Below the pieces are notes generated by a model. That model did no database searches and was not told where the DNA came from. It worked only from the letters and a program-made list of their open reading frames with translations. A DNA stretch of 47,263 nucleotides. Origin: Bacteroidales bacterium (lineage in GTDB: Bacteria > Bacteroidota > Bacteroidia > Bacteroidales > Paludibacteraceae). The DNA lies in the NCBI GenBank assembly GCA_030523485.1, contig JAUNIJ010000001.1, positions 4,156-51,418 on the forward strand. The letters run 5' to 3'. Below are positions 9,495 through 19,900 of this stretch, piece after piece. The translations under genes and the position numbers were made by a program. The first letter of the stretch is position 1. Every line of letters starts with the position of its first letter.

Positions 9495-12400
9495 TTAGAA
9501 TTGGAATTTAATACCGCCCATGATTGTGCTAAGTGGTGAATAGCTGTAGGTGCTGCTACCGCCAGTGTAAGAAGCGAATGGGTTGTAACCTCTGCGAGCA
9601 GATACTACGAACAAGTTTTCGCCAGATACATAGAAGTTAAGGCTGTTGAGTTTCATTTTAGAAACGACCTTGTTAGGCAAGCTATAGCCGATACGAACGT
9701 TAGCCAATTGAAGCGCTGAGAGAGAAGTGAGGAAACGAGTTGATGTATAGTTAGAATACAAGTCGTAACCGTTAGAGAGACGTGGAACGTCGGTGTTAGT
9801 GTTGGTTTCTGTCCAAGCATTGCGCATGTCAACATGCCAGTTGCGAGCACCGAACTTGCCAGATTCCATCAACATAGCGTAAGAGCTATCGTAGCCATAA
9901 CCACCGAGTTGGTAGTTGAAGAATGCTGAGATGTCAACGCCATAGAGTTTCATGTCAATACCGAAACCACCATAGATGTCAGGACGAGCGCGGAGGCATC
10001 TACCTTTTGAGTTGTATACGTAGTTAGAAGCTGCATATGCTGTTGAGGTAGGACTCTTTGTTGTACCTTTTTCGAGTGTGCAACCTGGGTGTTGCAATTC
10101 GTAGAGGTATACGCTGGTAATTGTTTCTTCTGGGTTTTCTGGGTCGGTGTATGTAGCATACATTGCTTCACCAGTTTCTGGGTCAACGCCCATATATTCT
10201 GGCAAGTACCACTCGTAGTTAGAGTGACCAACAGCCATAGCGCCGTTCATCAACATACGTGTTTCTACACCATCGTGATCGATAGGCATTTGAAGCATTT
10301 TGTCGCGTTCGAATGCGCCAGTGAGACGGAAGTTCAATTTTACGTTGTTGCGATCAACAGCTTTAACGCCGAAGTTGAATTCAACACCGTTCAATGCCAA
10401 TTGTGCATCGTTTACATAGTATGAAGAGTAACCTTGTGATGGAGCAACGGCACGTGGGAAGAGGAGGTTAGAAACGTTTTTGTGATAGTATTCGATTTCG
10501 CCGTTGAACATACCGTTTTTGAAGAATGCGAATTCGACACCAACGTTAGTTTGAGCAGTGCGTTCCCAAGTCAAGTTCGGATTACCGCGAGCAACCCATA
10601 CGAGAGCAGGAGTTTGGTCGATGGTATTGATTGAGTAGCGGTCAGTCCAAGCGTATGAACCAATTTCTTTGTTACCAGCGGTACCCCAGCTAGCTTTGAT
10701 TTTCAATTCTTTGATCCATTTAGCGTTGTCGCGGATGAAGTTTTCTTCTGACATCATCCAAGCAGCACCTACAGAACCAAAGACGCCCCAACGGTGACCT
10801 TTAGCGAAGATAGAGCTACCGTCGCCACGGAGAGTAGCGTGGAGTGAATATTTATCAGCGAAGTTATAACGAAGTTGTCCGAAGTATGATTCGAGACGTT
10901 CGCGACCTGTTGATGAAGAAAGTGCGTCGAAGATAGCACCGTTTGACCATTCAACACCTTCTGGGAGGAGGAGGTTAGAAACGGCACCATAAGCAGTAGC
11001 AGCGTAGTCGATAACGGCTTCGTGAGCAACGAATACGTCGAGGGTGTGGTCGTCAGCAATTACAGTACCATATTTCAACATTTGGTTGGCAGTGATGGTC
11101 ATGTAGTTATAGAATTGTTTGGATAAACGTCCGAGACCTTCAGCGTCACCGTAATACATATTGGTGAGTGAGTAAGCATCTTGACCATAGTATTGATAAC
11201 CAACGTTAGCAGTCAATTTCAAGTCGTGAGTTGCGTTAGCACTTTGTCCTTTGTAGAGTTGAGCTTCCAAGTCGCCGCTCAATACCAATTGGTGCATTGA
11301 GAAGTGTTGTTTATCGAGACGGAGTGCACCAGCAGGGTTGATACCGAGACCGTAGCCACGTGAGCCGTAAGCGTCGGTGTATGAACCGTAGTCGAATGCA
11401 TCGCCACCGATACGTGTGTCTTGAAGAACTTCACCGGTGTTAACATCGTGTTGAAGAACAGGGTAGATAGGAGGAGTTTCGTTTACATAAGCGAAACCGT
11501 TGTTCATGTTGCTTGATTGTCCTGGGTTATTCATTTCTGAATAAGCGTAAGAGATGTTCAAGTCACCACGCAACCATTTTTTAGGTTGGAAGTTGAGGTT
11601 TGAACGAGTTGTCAAACGGTTGTAGTCAGAAGCGATGTAATAACCTTGGTCTTTCAAATAACTGAAAGATGTGTAGTAAGTAGTTTTGTCGGAGCCACCG
11701 CTGAATTTTACAGTTGCTTCGAATTTGTTACCAGTGCGGAAGATATAATCTCTCCAACTTTCTGGTGTATATTTACGTTCGGTACCTTCGTAGAATTTAC
11801 CAGTTGAAGGGTCGATAAGGTCACGACCGTTAGCTTGCCACATGTTGTAACGTTTTGCAACACCTTCAGCGCCGCCGAAGAGTTGATAGCCAGCTTGTGT
11901 TTGAGCTTGTGATTGGCTGTTACCAGCGATGTAGTAAAGGTAGTTGTAGATACTTTGCCAACCCATTTCGGTATATTCTTCTGGGCTTGAGATAACGTCG
12001 TAGAGAGGGAGGAGGCGCATGTTGCCACCATATTTAACGTCTACGTCGATTTTACCTTGTGTGCCAGTAGAACCTTTTTTGGTTGTGATAACGATAACGC
12101 CGTTAGCACCACGAGCACCATACAATGATGTAGCGGTAGCATCTTTCAACACAGTTGTTGAAGCGATATCGGCAGGGTTGATAGAAGCGATGTCGCCCAT
12201 ATAAGGGATACCATCGACAACGTAAAGAGGGCTTGTGCTAGCGTTTACAGAAGCGACGCCACGGATTTGTACAGAACCAGTTTGACCAGGTTGACCTGTT
12301 GAGTTGGTTACTTGTACGCCGGCGAACTCACCAGCAAGAGCTTTTGTTACATCACTAGGGTTTTTGTTTTCGATGGTTTCGCCATCAACAACAGCAGCAG

Positions 12401-12764
12401 AACCTACTGATGAAACTTTTGTTTGTGCGCCGTAACCTGTTTCAACGACTACTGTTTGAAGCATTTTGGTATCAGATTCCATAACGATGCGAACACCGTT
12501 TTGAGCTGTAACCACTTGATCTTTGTAGCCAAGATACTTTACGACAAGCTTTGATTTGGAAGAGGCAACGGTGATGGAGAAGTGGCCATCAAGGTCGGTA
12601 GCCACACCATTTGATAAATCACCTTCCTCCTGCACAGAAGCTCCGACAATGGGCTCGTTTGTCTCGCCGTCCACTATGGTGCCACTGACGGTCAATGATT
12701 GACCATAAACCATACTTGTGCATGCAAGCAACAAGCTGGTTACTAATAGCATAAGCTTTTTCAT
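9495..12764 (-). CDS. SusC/RagA-family TonB-dependent outer-membrane transporter
   Basis: 1089 aa with a signal peptide. The carboxypeptidase-regulatory-like domain is TVSGTIVDGETNEPIVGASV. Plug motifs are IRGVASVNASTSPLYVVDGIP and VLKDATATSLYGARGANGVIVITTKKG. The protein ends in a C-terminal F (GGIKFQF). Confidence 0.95.
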   Translation of the reverse strand: MKKLMLLVTSLLLACTSMVYGQSLTVSGTIVDGETNEPIVGASVQEEGDLSNGVATDLDGHFSITVASSKSKLVVKYLGYKDQVVTAQNGVRIVMESDTKMLQTVVVETGYGAQTKVSSVGSAAVVDGETIENKNPSDVTKALAGEFAGVQVTNSTGQPGQTGSVQIRGVASVNASTSPLYVVDGIPYMGDIASINPADIASTTVLKDATATSLYGARGANGVIVITTKKGSTGTQGKIDVDVKYGGNMRLLPLYDVISSPEEYTEMGWQSIYNYLYYIAGNSQSQAQTQAGYQLFGGAEGVAKRYNMWQANGRDLIDPSTGKFYEGTERKYTPESWRDYIFRTGNKFEATVKFSGGSDKTTYYTSFSYLKDQGYYIASDYNRLTTRSNLNFQPKKWLRGDLNISYAYSEMNNPGQSSNMNNGFAYVNETPPIYPVLQHDVNTGEVLQDTRIGGDAFDYGSYTDAYGSRGYGLGINPAGALRLDKQHFSMHQLVLSGDLEAQLYKGQSANATHDLKLTANVGYQYYGQDAYSLTNMYYGDAEGLGRLSKQFYNYMTITANQMLKYGTVIADDHTLDVFVAHEAVIDYAATAYGAVSNLLLPEGVEWSNGAIFDALSSSTGRERLESYFGQLRYNFADKYSLHATLRGDGSSIFAKGHRWGVFGSVGAAWMMSEENFIRDNAKWIKELKIKASWGTAGNKEIGSYAWTDRYSINTIDQTPALVWVARGNPNLTWERTAQTNVGVEFAFFKNGMFNGEIEYYHKNVSNLLFPRAVAPSQGYSSYYVNDAQLALNGVEFNFGVKAVDRNNVKLNFRLTGAFERDKMLQMPIDHDGVETRMLMNGAMAVGHSNYEWYLPEYMGVDPETGEAMYATYTDPENPEETITSVYLYELQHPGCTLEKGTTKSPTSTAYAASNYVYNSKGRCLRARPDIYGGFGIDMKLYGVDISAFFNYQLGGYGYDSSYAMLMESGKFGARNWHVDMRNAWTETNTNTDVPRLSNGYDLYSNYTSTRFLTSLSALQLANVRIGYSLPNKVVSKMKLNSLNFYVSGENLFVVSARRGYNPFASYTGGSSTYSYSPLSTIMGGIKFQF

Positions 12765-12868
12765 AGAGTTTGGATAGATAGTTTGTTAATTATTAATTAT
12801 TGTCCACGTCAAGCATTTTCGCCAAGGTGCATAAGGACACTTATACACTTTACGAAAATAATCAGCCG

Positions 12869-12876
12869 CAAAGATA
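12869..12876 (-). promoter_or_regulatory. Candidate -7 promoter box (TAtcTTTG) for the SusC operon
   Basis: Plus-strand caaagata, about 105 nt upstream of the SusC ATG. Confidence 0.5.
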
Positions 12877-13100
12877 AATATTTTCGTTAGACTATGCAAG
12901 TATTTGGCAAACTGATTTCTCTTTTTTTGCCGTTTTTTTCTGCAACACGCACATTATGAGGAACGATTGTAAGAACGAATTTCTGATTTTTGCCGCTTTT
13001 AAAAGTCATATGATGTTGTTCACACGAGGTCGTTTCGCTTCAAGTAAGACTGACCACCAACAATTTATAATAAATATTCGGTTGATTTTTGTTGTAACAA

Positions 13101-13820
13101 CTACAGCAGTATTGTCAAAAGTGCATTCAGGTCGTTGATTTCAAAATCATGCACAGGCTTTTCGGCTGTCATATTCTGTGGGTTATACCACACCGTTGGA
13201 ATGCCATAGTTATGTGCACCGACGATATCTGTGGCATATTCGTCGCCGACGAGAATCACGTCGGACGGTTTGCAATGACATATTTTCATCGCCGCATCAA
13301 AAAAAAGGGGATTGGGTTTGGGTGCGCCAACTTGCTCCGAGAGGATGACATATTTAAAATAGTGTAGCAATGACGCATTTTCGAGTTTCTTAAACTGTAT
13401 CTCAGGAAAGCCATTAGACACGATGGCCATACAATATTTATTATTAAGCACTTCAAGCACTTCTATTGCATGAGGCATTAATTGTCGTTTTTCTGCCAAA
13501 TGGGTAAAAAATCCTTGACTCAACGTTGTGACCAACGCGTCGTCGGTCACGCCAACTTCGCGAAGTGGAGAGGCGAATCGTTCAACCATCAAGAAATCTT
13601 TTGTTATTTCGCCACGTGCATATTCATCCCAGAGACGATGATTGCATGGGGCATAACGATGGTGAAAATCGGCGAAATCGGCGAAAAAGCGATTGAGGCG
13701 ATGCTGTTCGAAAAGTTCCTTTAACGAAGCGATGGCATTGGTTCGGAAATCCCAAAGAGTGCCGTCGAGATCAAAGAATATGATTTTTGGATGTTGGTGC
13801 TCAGTTGCCATCATAGTCAT
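13101..13820 (-). CDS. HAD-superfamily hydrolase, YjjG-like (noncanonical pyrimidine nucleotidase type)
   Basis: Motif I IIFFDLDGTLWDF, motif II IVSNG, then KPNP and motif IV VGDEYATDIVGAHNYG. Its start overlaps the rsmI stop in an ATGA junction. Confidence 0.75.
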   Translation of the reverse strand: MTMMATEHQHPKIIFFDLDGTLWDFRTNAIASLKELFEQHRLNRFFADFADFHHRYAPCNHRLWDEYARGEITKDFLMVERFASPLREVGVTDDALVTTLSQGFFTHLAEKRQLMPHAIEVLEVLNNKYCMAIVSNGFPEIQFKKLENASLLHYFKYVILSEQVGAPKPNPLFFDAAMKICHCKPSDVILVGDEYATDIVGAHNYGIPTVWYNPQNMTAEKPVHDFEINDLNALLTILL

Positions 13821-14548
13821 TGGTTATCATCAGCATTATGTTCTTTTTGTTGCTGATGTTTACCTTTGCGATTTTCTTTTTCTTTTCCTGCCACAACGAT
13901 AACAATCTCGCCTTTGGGCGGTGTCTCGGTGAAATGACTTGCTAACTCAGCCAATGTGCCACGTTGTGTTTCTTCAAACTTCTTCGATATCTCACGCGAC
14001 ACAGACGCCTCTCGTTCTGGTCCGAAAGTGTTGGCAAACTGTTGCAATGTTTTCACCAATCGAAAAGGTGATTCGTAGAACACCATGGTACGTGTTTCAT
14101 CGACCAATGCTTCCAATCGACTATTCCGCCCTTTCTTTTGTGGTAGAAAACCTTCGAAGACAAAGCGATCGCACGGCAGTCCTGAGTCGACGATGGCAGG
14201 AATGCAAGCAGTAGCACCTGGAAGACATTCGACATCGATACCATGTTCGACACACGTACGTACAAGCAAGAATCCTGGGTCGGAGATGCCTGGCGTGCCT
14301 GCGTCCGACACCAACGCCACATCTTTTCCTGCCTCAATTTTCTCAGCGATACGTTCAGCAGTCTGATGTTCGTTGAATTTATGGTGTGAGAGTAAAGGAA
14401 CCGAGATATCGAAATGTTTTAAGAGAATGCCTGTGGTGCGTGTGTCTTCCGCAAGGAGAAGATCGACACTCTTCAACACCTTAAGGGCACGTAGCGTGAT
14501 ATCGTCGAGATTACCGACGGGCGTCGGCACAATATAGAGTTTTGGCAT
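13817..14548 (-). CDS. rsmI: 16S rRNA (cytidine1402-2'-O)-methyltransferase RsmI
   Basis: MPKLYIVPTPVGNLDDITLRALKVLKSVDLLLAEDTR and SDAGTPGISDPG. I prefer the ATG at 14548 over the ORF-track start at 14575, which overlaps the upstream gene. Confidence 0.9.
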   Translation of the reverse strand: MPKLYIVPTPVGNLDDITLRALKVLKSVDLLLAEDTRTTGILLKHFDISVPLLSHHKFNEHQTAERIAEKIEAGKDVALVSDAGTPGISDPGFLLVRTCVEHGIDVECLPGATACIPAIVDSGLPCDRFVFEGFLPQKKGRNSRLEALVDETRTMVFYESPFRLVKTLQQFANTFGPEREASVSREISKKFEETQRGTLAELASHFTETPPKGEIVIVVAGKEKENRKGKHQQQKEHNADDNQ

Positions 14549-14555
14549 GTGAGGT

Positions 14556-15275
14556 TCAGAATTTACGTGATACAATATTAATAAAGTCTATTACTACAGC
14601 ATCCTCTTTATTCCATTGTGGGAAATGGGTGGCAAGATAGTTTTCGAATTCGTCAAACGAATGCAACTGATTTATTTCATCCACCACAATGCTCATTTGC
14701 TCACCATTACCATCAAATAATTCGCGAATAAATCGGAAACGGTCAGCTAAAGAGATGGCCTTTTTAAGGTCTACCACAGGACTGCGTAAGAAGGCGGTGC
14801 CTAATGAGCGGTCTTCTTGCTCTGCAAACAACACACGTCGTTCTGACTCGATTGGTTGTTTGTCTATCACTTCTTGCACATCGTTTTCTGGTTGTGTCAT
14901 CACCGATTCCGATTTAATAACGGGTATTTCGTCAGTATTTTGTAACATCTCCTCTTGATATTGAGTCGCTTCAGACGTTTCCGGTTCACTTTCAAAGTGC
15001 GATTCACAAACATCTTCTGCTTGCTGTTCTGGCACAGAGACTGTTGATTCGCCAGTACTGTCTGGTGTTAGTACTGTTTCGGGTTGCGAGACAAGGACAT
15101 CGTCACTGCTCTGCTCCGACAGTCGGCGCAACATCGTAGCAAGGTCGTCAGCTTTTTCGGCAGCCAAACGTACTAAAGGTTCAGGAACATCAGTGAGTTG
15201 TATGAAGCCATCAACGAGTTTTCGGAGGTCGTTGAGGTCACGAGAAATAAGTTGTGTAAGAAATTCTTTTTCCAT
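14556..15275 (-). CDS. Hypothetical acidic protein, first gene of the rsmI unit
   Basis: 239-aa ORF with a helical N-terminus and an E/D/S/T/Q-rich middle. The C-terminal block is ISLADRFRFIRELFDGNGEQM...FENYL. I recognise no catalytic motif. Confidence 0.6.
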   Translation of the reverse strand: MEKEFLTQLISRDLNDLRKLVDGFIQLTDVPEPLVRLAAEKADDLATMLRRLSEQSSDDVLVSQPETVLTPDSTGESTVSVPEQQAEDVCESHFESEPETSEATQYQEEMLQNTDEIPVIKSESVMTQPENDVQEVIDKQPIESERRVLFAEQEDRSLGTAFLRSPVVDLKKAISLADRFRFIRELFDGNGEQMSIVVDEINQLHSFDEFENYLATHFPQWNKEDAVVIDFINIVSRKF

Positions 15276-15300
15276 TGACGTATATTTTCGACGAAAACGT

Positions 15301-15308
15301 TAACTTTG
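15301..15308 (+). promoter_or_regulatory. Possible -7 box (TAacTTTG) for tdk
   Basis: This is the only TAnnTTTG match on the plus strand upstream of tdk, and it implies a leader of about 150 nt. Confidence 0.3.
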
Positions 15309-15338
15309 CCCATGCATTAAGTTGACGTAATTCCGCAA

Positions 15339-15346
15339 CAAAAGTA
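15339..15346 (-). promoter_or_regulatory. Candidate -7 box (TActTTTG) for the hyp-rsmI-HAD unit
   Basis: Plus-strand caaaagta, about 65 nt upstream of the ATG at 15275. Confidence 0.5.
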
Positions 15347-15469
15347 CATGTTTTTCACGATTCCACCATCGTGTTTCACAAACTATTACGTCGCTGAAAT
15401 TTACAATAAGTATTTTTACACCCAAAATAGACAATACAATATCTATAATATACACCCCATTACCGACCC

Positions 15470-16054
15470 ATGGATTTTTTCGAATCACAAGTCAACAAAA
15501 ACCGAAAGCACGGTAGCATTGAAGTCATCTGCGGCTCGATGTTTTCAGGCAAGACAGAAGAGTTATTACGCCGTTTAAAGCGTGCAAAAATAGCGAAGCA
15601 ACGTGTTGAAATTTTCAAGCCTGCCATCGACACGCGTTATTCTGACGTTGAGGTGACGAGTCACGATCACAACGCCACCCTTTCAACACCAGTAGATGCA
15701 GCTGACAGCATTTTATTGCTTTGCGGTGATGCTGATGTGGTAGGCATCGACGAAGCACAGTTTTTCGACGATTCACTAGTGAGGGTATGCATCGAATTGG
15801 CAAACATGGGAGTGCGCGTCATTTTAGCCGGTCTCGACATGGATTATCTATGCCGTCCATTTGGTCCGATGCCACAGTTGATGGCGATTGCCGACGACGT
15901 TACGAAAGTGCATGCTATCTGCGTACATTGTGGTATGCCGGCTTATGTGTCGCATCGTTTAGTTGAAGGGAGCAAACAAGTGCTATTGGGCGAGACCGAC
16001 AAATACGAACCTATTTGTCGCGACTGCTTCAATAAGTTCCACAAAAATGAATAA
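15470..16054 (+). CDS. tdk: Thymidine kinase
   Basis: 194 aa with P-loop [14 protein letters not shown], then VGIDEAQFF and the C-terminal zinc ribbon CVHCG...CRDC. Confidence 0.95.
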   Translation: MDFFESQVNKNRKHGSIEVICGSMFSGKTEELLRRLKRAKIAKQRVEIFKPAIDTRYSDVEVTSHDHNATLSTPVDAADSILLLCGDADVVGIDEAQFFDDSLVRVCIELANMGVRVILAGLDMDYLCRPFGPMPQLMAIADDVTKVHAICVHCGMPAYVSHRLVEGSKQVLLGETDKYEPICRDCFNKFHKNE

Positions 16055-16073
16055 GATAACAATTGATCATACG

Positions 16074-16107
16074 AAAAAGTGCCACTCATAGAGTAGCACT
16101 TTTTTTG
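16074..16107. terminator. Bidirectional-looking rho-independent terminator after tdk
   Basis: The sequence is aaaaa-gtgccactc-ata-gagtagcac-ttttttt, a 9-bp stem with one mismatch. Confidence 0.7.
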
Positions 16108-16203
16108 TCTTAGTATTTAATACAGAAATACGACAGAAAGGACGGTGTCATCGACATCAGCCATCCATATAGAGACTGTTCAGATTTGTTTCGGCCCGTT
16201 ATC

Positions 16204-16959
16204 CTACGCCGCTTTATCGACGAAATATTTCACTAACGAAAGTAGAAGATACCACAAGACAACAAGACTGAGTCCGAGATAACCAAAAATTGGAATCAAC
16301 ACGAGTGCACCAGCCGCAAGCAAGATTTGAAATTTAGCATCTGTCCATTTCAACGAGCGTATCTTGAAAGAGAACATCGGCAGTTCGCACACCAACAAAT
16401 AGCAACTCATCAAGACACCGGCAAACAATAGCCACCAAGGAATGTTGTGGAAGCAACCACTACAAAACAAACCTATCCAAAACAGCGCATTAGCAGGTGT
16501 GGCTAAGCCAATGAACGAGGTAGACTGACGTGTATCAACATTGAATTTAGCAAGTCGGAGTGCAGAGAAAGCCACCATCACCCACACCAACAGTTCCACA
16601 ATGAGTCGCAGCGTGTCGGCAGATGTCACCGCCTCCAACTGGTTGGACACCATACAAAATGCTGCAGTAGTAGGTAAAATGCCAAAGCTCACAAGGTCAG
16701 CCAACGAATCAAGTTCTTTACCCACAGGTGAAGTGACACCTAAGAGACGCGCTACAAAGCCATCGAAGAAATCGAACACAGCAGAACAGCACACACAGAT
16801 GAAAGCAAGATGAGCAGCATCGATAGGAAGTGACTGCAGTCTGGCTACCAACGTATTTGTTGTAGAGCCCACCCCTAACGATGTAAGCAGAATGATGATA
16901 CCCAACGTGCCTGAGAGCAGATTTAAGCAAGTAAGAAGATTAGGAATAGATTTTCGCAT
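16204..16959 (-). CDS. pssA: CDP-diacylglycerol--serine O-phosphatidyltransferase (CDP-alcohol phosphatidyltransferase family)
   Basis: DFFDGFVARLLGVTSPVGKELDSLADLVSFG fits the D-x2-DG-x2-AR...G-x3-D-x3-D motif. The 251-aa protein is polytopic. Confidence 0.85.
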   Translation of the reverse strand: MRKSIPNLLTCLNLLSGTLGIIILLTSLGVGSTTNTLVARLQSLPIDAAHLAFICVCCSAVFDFFDGFVARLLGVTSPVGKELDSLADLVSFGILPTTAAFCMVSNQLEAVTSADTLRLIVELLVWVMVAFSALRLAKFNVDTRQSTSFIGLATPANALFWIGLFCSGCFHNIPWWLLFAGVLMSCYLLVCELPMFSFKIRSLKWTDAKFQILLAAGALVLIPIFGYLGLSLVVLWYLLLSLVKYFVDKAA

Positions 16960-16964
16960 GACAG

Positions 16965-19900
16965 TTATTTTTTTGAGATTGATGTTGTTGCCTTATCTTT
17001 CAATAGTATTTGTACGATTTGATGCATCAAGCCATTGCGCTGTTCTTCGTTTTCGATGGCTTCGAATGGGAAGCCACATACAAAGGTCGTGAAACCGCTG
17101 GATTTACCAGTAACAGCAGCCACCAATCCCGTGTCAACATACCGCATGACAGCGCAAGCGTCGGATTGTGCTGGCGACAAAGCATCAGCCGACTCTACCT
17201 CGTAGGTTTCTCCGTCAGGTTTGGTGGAGAATTGAAATTTACCAATAACTTGAACATTTTTCGAGACAACACCCTCGAGAAGTCCGCGACTTGCTGCATT
17301 CGATTTTTTATAACGGATGCGTAAAACGTCACTAAGAAATTGTTTTTTCTCCTCGCTTGGATTCACTAAATAATTATCGACGCCGATATGTGCACCCGAC
17401 ACTAACAATGCACCATGATGCTTGCTATAGTCGGTGAGCAGAGCCATCATTTTTGGTGTAAAAGTCACGAAATTGAAAGTACTGTCGAGATAACCGAAAC
17501 GTGTGCTTCTCTGCTCGCCAAGGAATAAGTCAACCATCTTATAATCGTTGAGATTCACCTTACCATGTTCCACTGCTTCGACTGATGATGAGACGAAACT
17601 GCAATCGCTTTCTTTCAATGCTTTGCCATGTACGTAGCAGAAATCGAACGTATTGCCTTTCACAATGGCAGTCTCATATTCTGCCATCGAATGACCAAAG
17701 CCAGGATTATCATCAGTCACCCATGGTTTTGCACGGTTAAACTCATGCTGACGACCGACATAAGCGAGGTTTCTGCCATAAGGCACACCATGGTCGAGAT
17801 AGTCATAGAATCCAGCATTACCATCTTTTTTCCACCCTTCAGGTCCGCATATACGTGTAAATCCATTAACTATCAGCACAGGACTATCGTGGCGATGAGC
17901 GCGATAGGCACAAAGCACTTCTGACGGGAAACTCTCGCCACCATCGTTGACAGCTGTCACCTTGTAGCTTACAATTTTACCGATTGGCAATGCAAGTGTT
18001 TTGGTAGTGTCGCGCACTAAGATACCATTGTCGAAACCACCGTTTTCCATACGTGTGTAAACAACATAGCCAGTCGGTTTTGCCGATGGTTCCAAACTAT
18101 CGAGCACTGGGTGCCAACTTAGACGAACACTATCACCTTTCATAGTAACGGCAAAGCCTGTTACGGGAAGAGGTTGCACCACATAGTCAGTATTGTTTTG
18201 CGATGCTACGAATCGTAACACACCTTTATAGATTGCCCTTGCCGTGAGAAATTGGAAACGGGGATCGAGGCCTAGTTGTAAATCTTCGAAATTTTGGTGT
18301 GAAAGGAGTTCAAGAATCATGGCGGGAGTATGTGGCATGCGCGACTCAGCATAGTTGCCATTACGAATGCCTCTTGACGACCAATTCGGAGCATAAACTC
18401 GACGAATGTCGTCAACAACCGAGGTAGACACAAGGTCGGCAAGGTCGTGTGATGCCCATCGTGACTGTCCGTTAGGATTAACCGTTTTTCTCGGTAAGTT
18501 GTTATCTTCAACAGTACATATCGCCAATGTGCCAACAATTGTGTCGGGGATATTACCCGCGTCGGTATGCAAAGCAAGGGAGAGATCGAGAGGGATGTTC
18601 AGTCCAACCGAATCTGGATCGTAGGATGAGCCCCCTAGGAGATAGTTGACCCAGTTGCCACGTGAGGCATAGTCGTCTTTATAATCGTTGATACCTCCGG
18701 AATATTCATAGACAGTTTGTGGTATGCCTGCCCATTGCATCCAGTAGCGTGCTCCCTCAAGATAGCGTGGCACACAGCTGGTGATGTAGGGCGCATTTGC
18801 GTTATTGGTCGTCCATTTCAGTTTTGGATTCTTCTTTTTCTGTTCTGCCACCACTTCTGCTTCTGCTGGTTTGCGCGCTACGTTACCCATGCCTCCGCCA
18901 AAGCGAACAGCATCAGCCGAAACGACGTGTTTATTGTCGGGTCCAAGATTCGATAACACGACACGGCTATTGTCATGCCCTCCCTGTTTGAAATGATATG
19001 TGCCAAGATAAATCCATGTACCCCCACCCATGCGTTGGTTGACATCGACATGAGTTACGCCGCCAGCATGATAGACGGCATAATGAGCTACACCAGAATT
19101 TTTATAGGAATGATAAGAAACATAAACGGCATAGTCGCCGTCTTCTGGTATCTCAGCCTGCCAGATTATTTTGTTACGTCCGTCGACAGCAGTGGGGAAG
19201 GTGTGGCTAGTGCCCGCACGAAAAGGATTTTCACCTACAGTGAGCACAGTGTCGGGGATGGCGAATGCTGCAGTGTCGACAATAGGTCGACCGACTTTGA
19301 TGATTTCCTCATACTTCGACCCTTTAGTTGATCCGTCGTTGTCGACAATCACCTCATGTGTTTGTGTATCACGTTCGCGTGGCAACAGCACATTAGCTCC
19401 AGCATGTTCTAACATAGGCAACAAATAGTCGAGCACATACGATGTCGATAGTTTGTCTTCTACAGTAAGCAGAAGTCGTGGACGTTGCCAAGTCCATTGG
19501 TTGGTTTGTTGATTATAATAGTACCCATGACTATTCCACAATGCAATATGACGTCCTTGCAACCCATAGCGAATGTGATAGGGTTTTGATTTATTGGAGA
19601 CCAAAGGAACCGACGGCCGAGTACCTGCAGCAGAGTGTCGTGAAGCATCGCGTTGTGCTTTAGGTTGAAAGAAGTTAGGTACCAATTGACGTACGTTCAC
19701 ATTGTCGGTATAGAAATTGACCGTGTACTGTGTACCGACGATGTGACGAACTTCACGCTCCATTTTATCAATCAATTCGTTTCGGAACGAAGCACTTCCA
19801 AAATAAGCGTTCAGATAGACATCGCACTCCAGTGTTTGCTCGTTGCGTCGCACTCGTAGCACCCGCACCTTACCTATTGTGGCATAGATGGAGTCGTAGT

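Noticed and set aside
12845-12858. Shared motif ACACYTTACGAAA in the SusC leader and upstream of recA (5436-5448)
   Set aside because: There are only two copies, in different positions relative to their promoters. An 8-10-mer coincidence is plausible in 47 kb on two strands.
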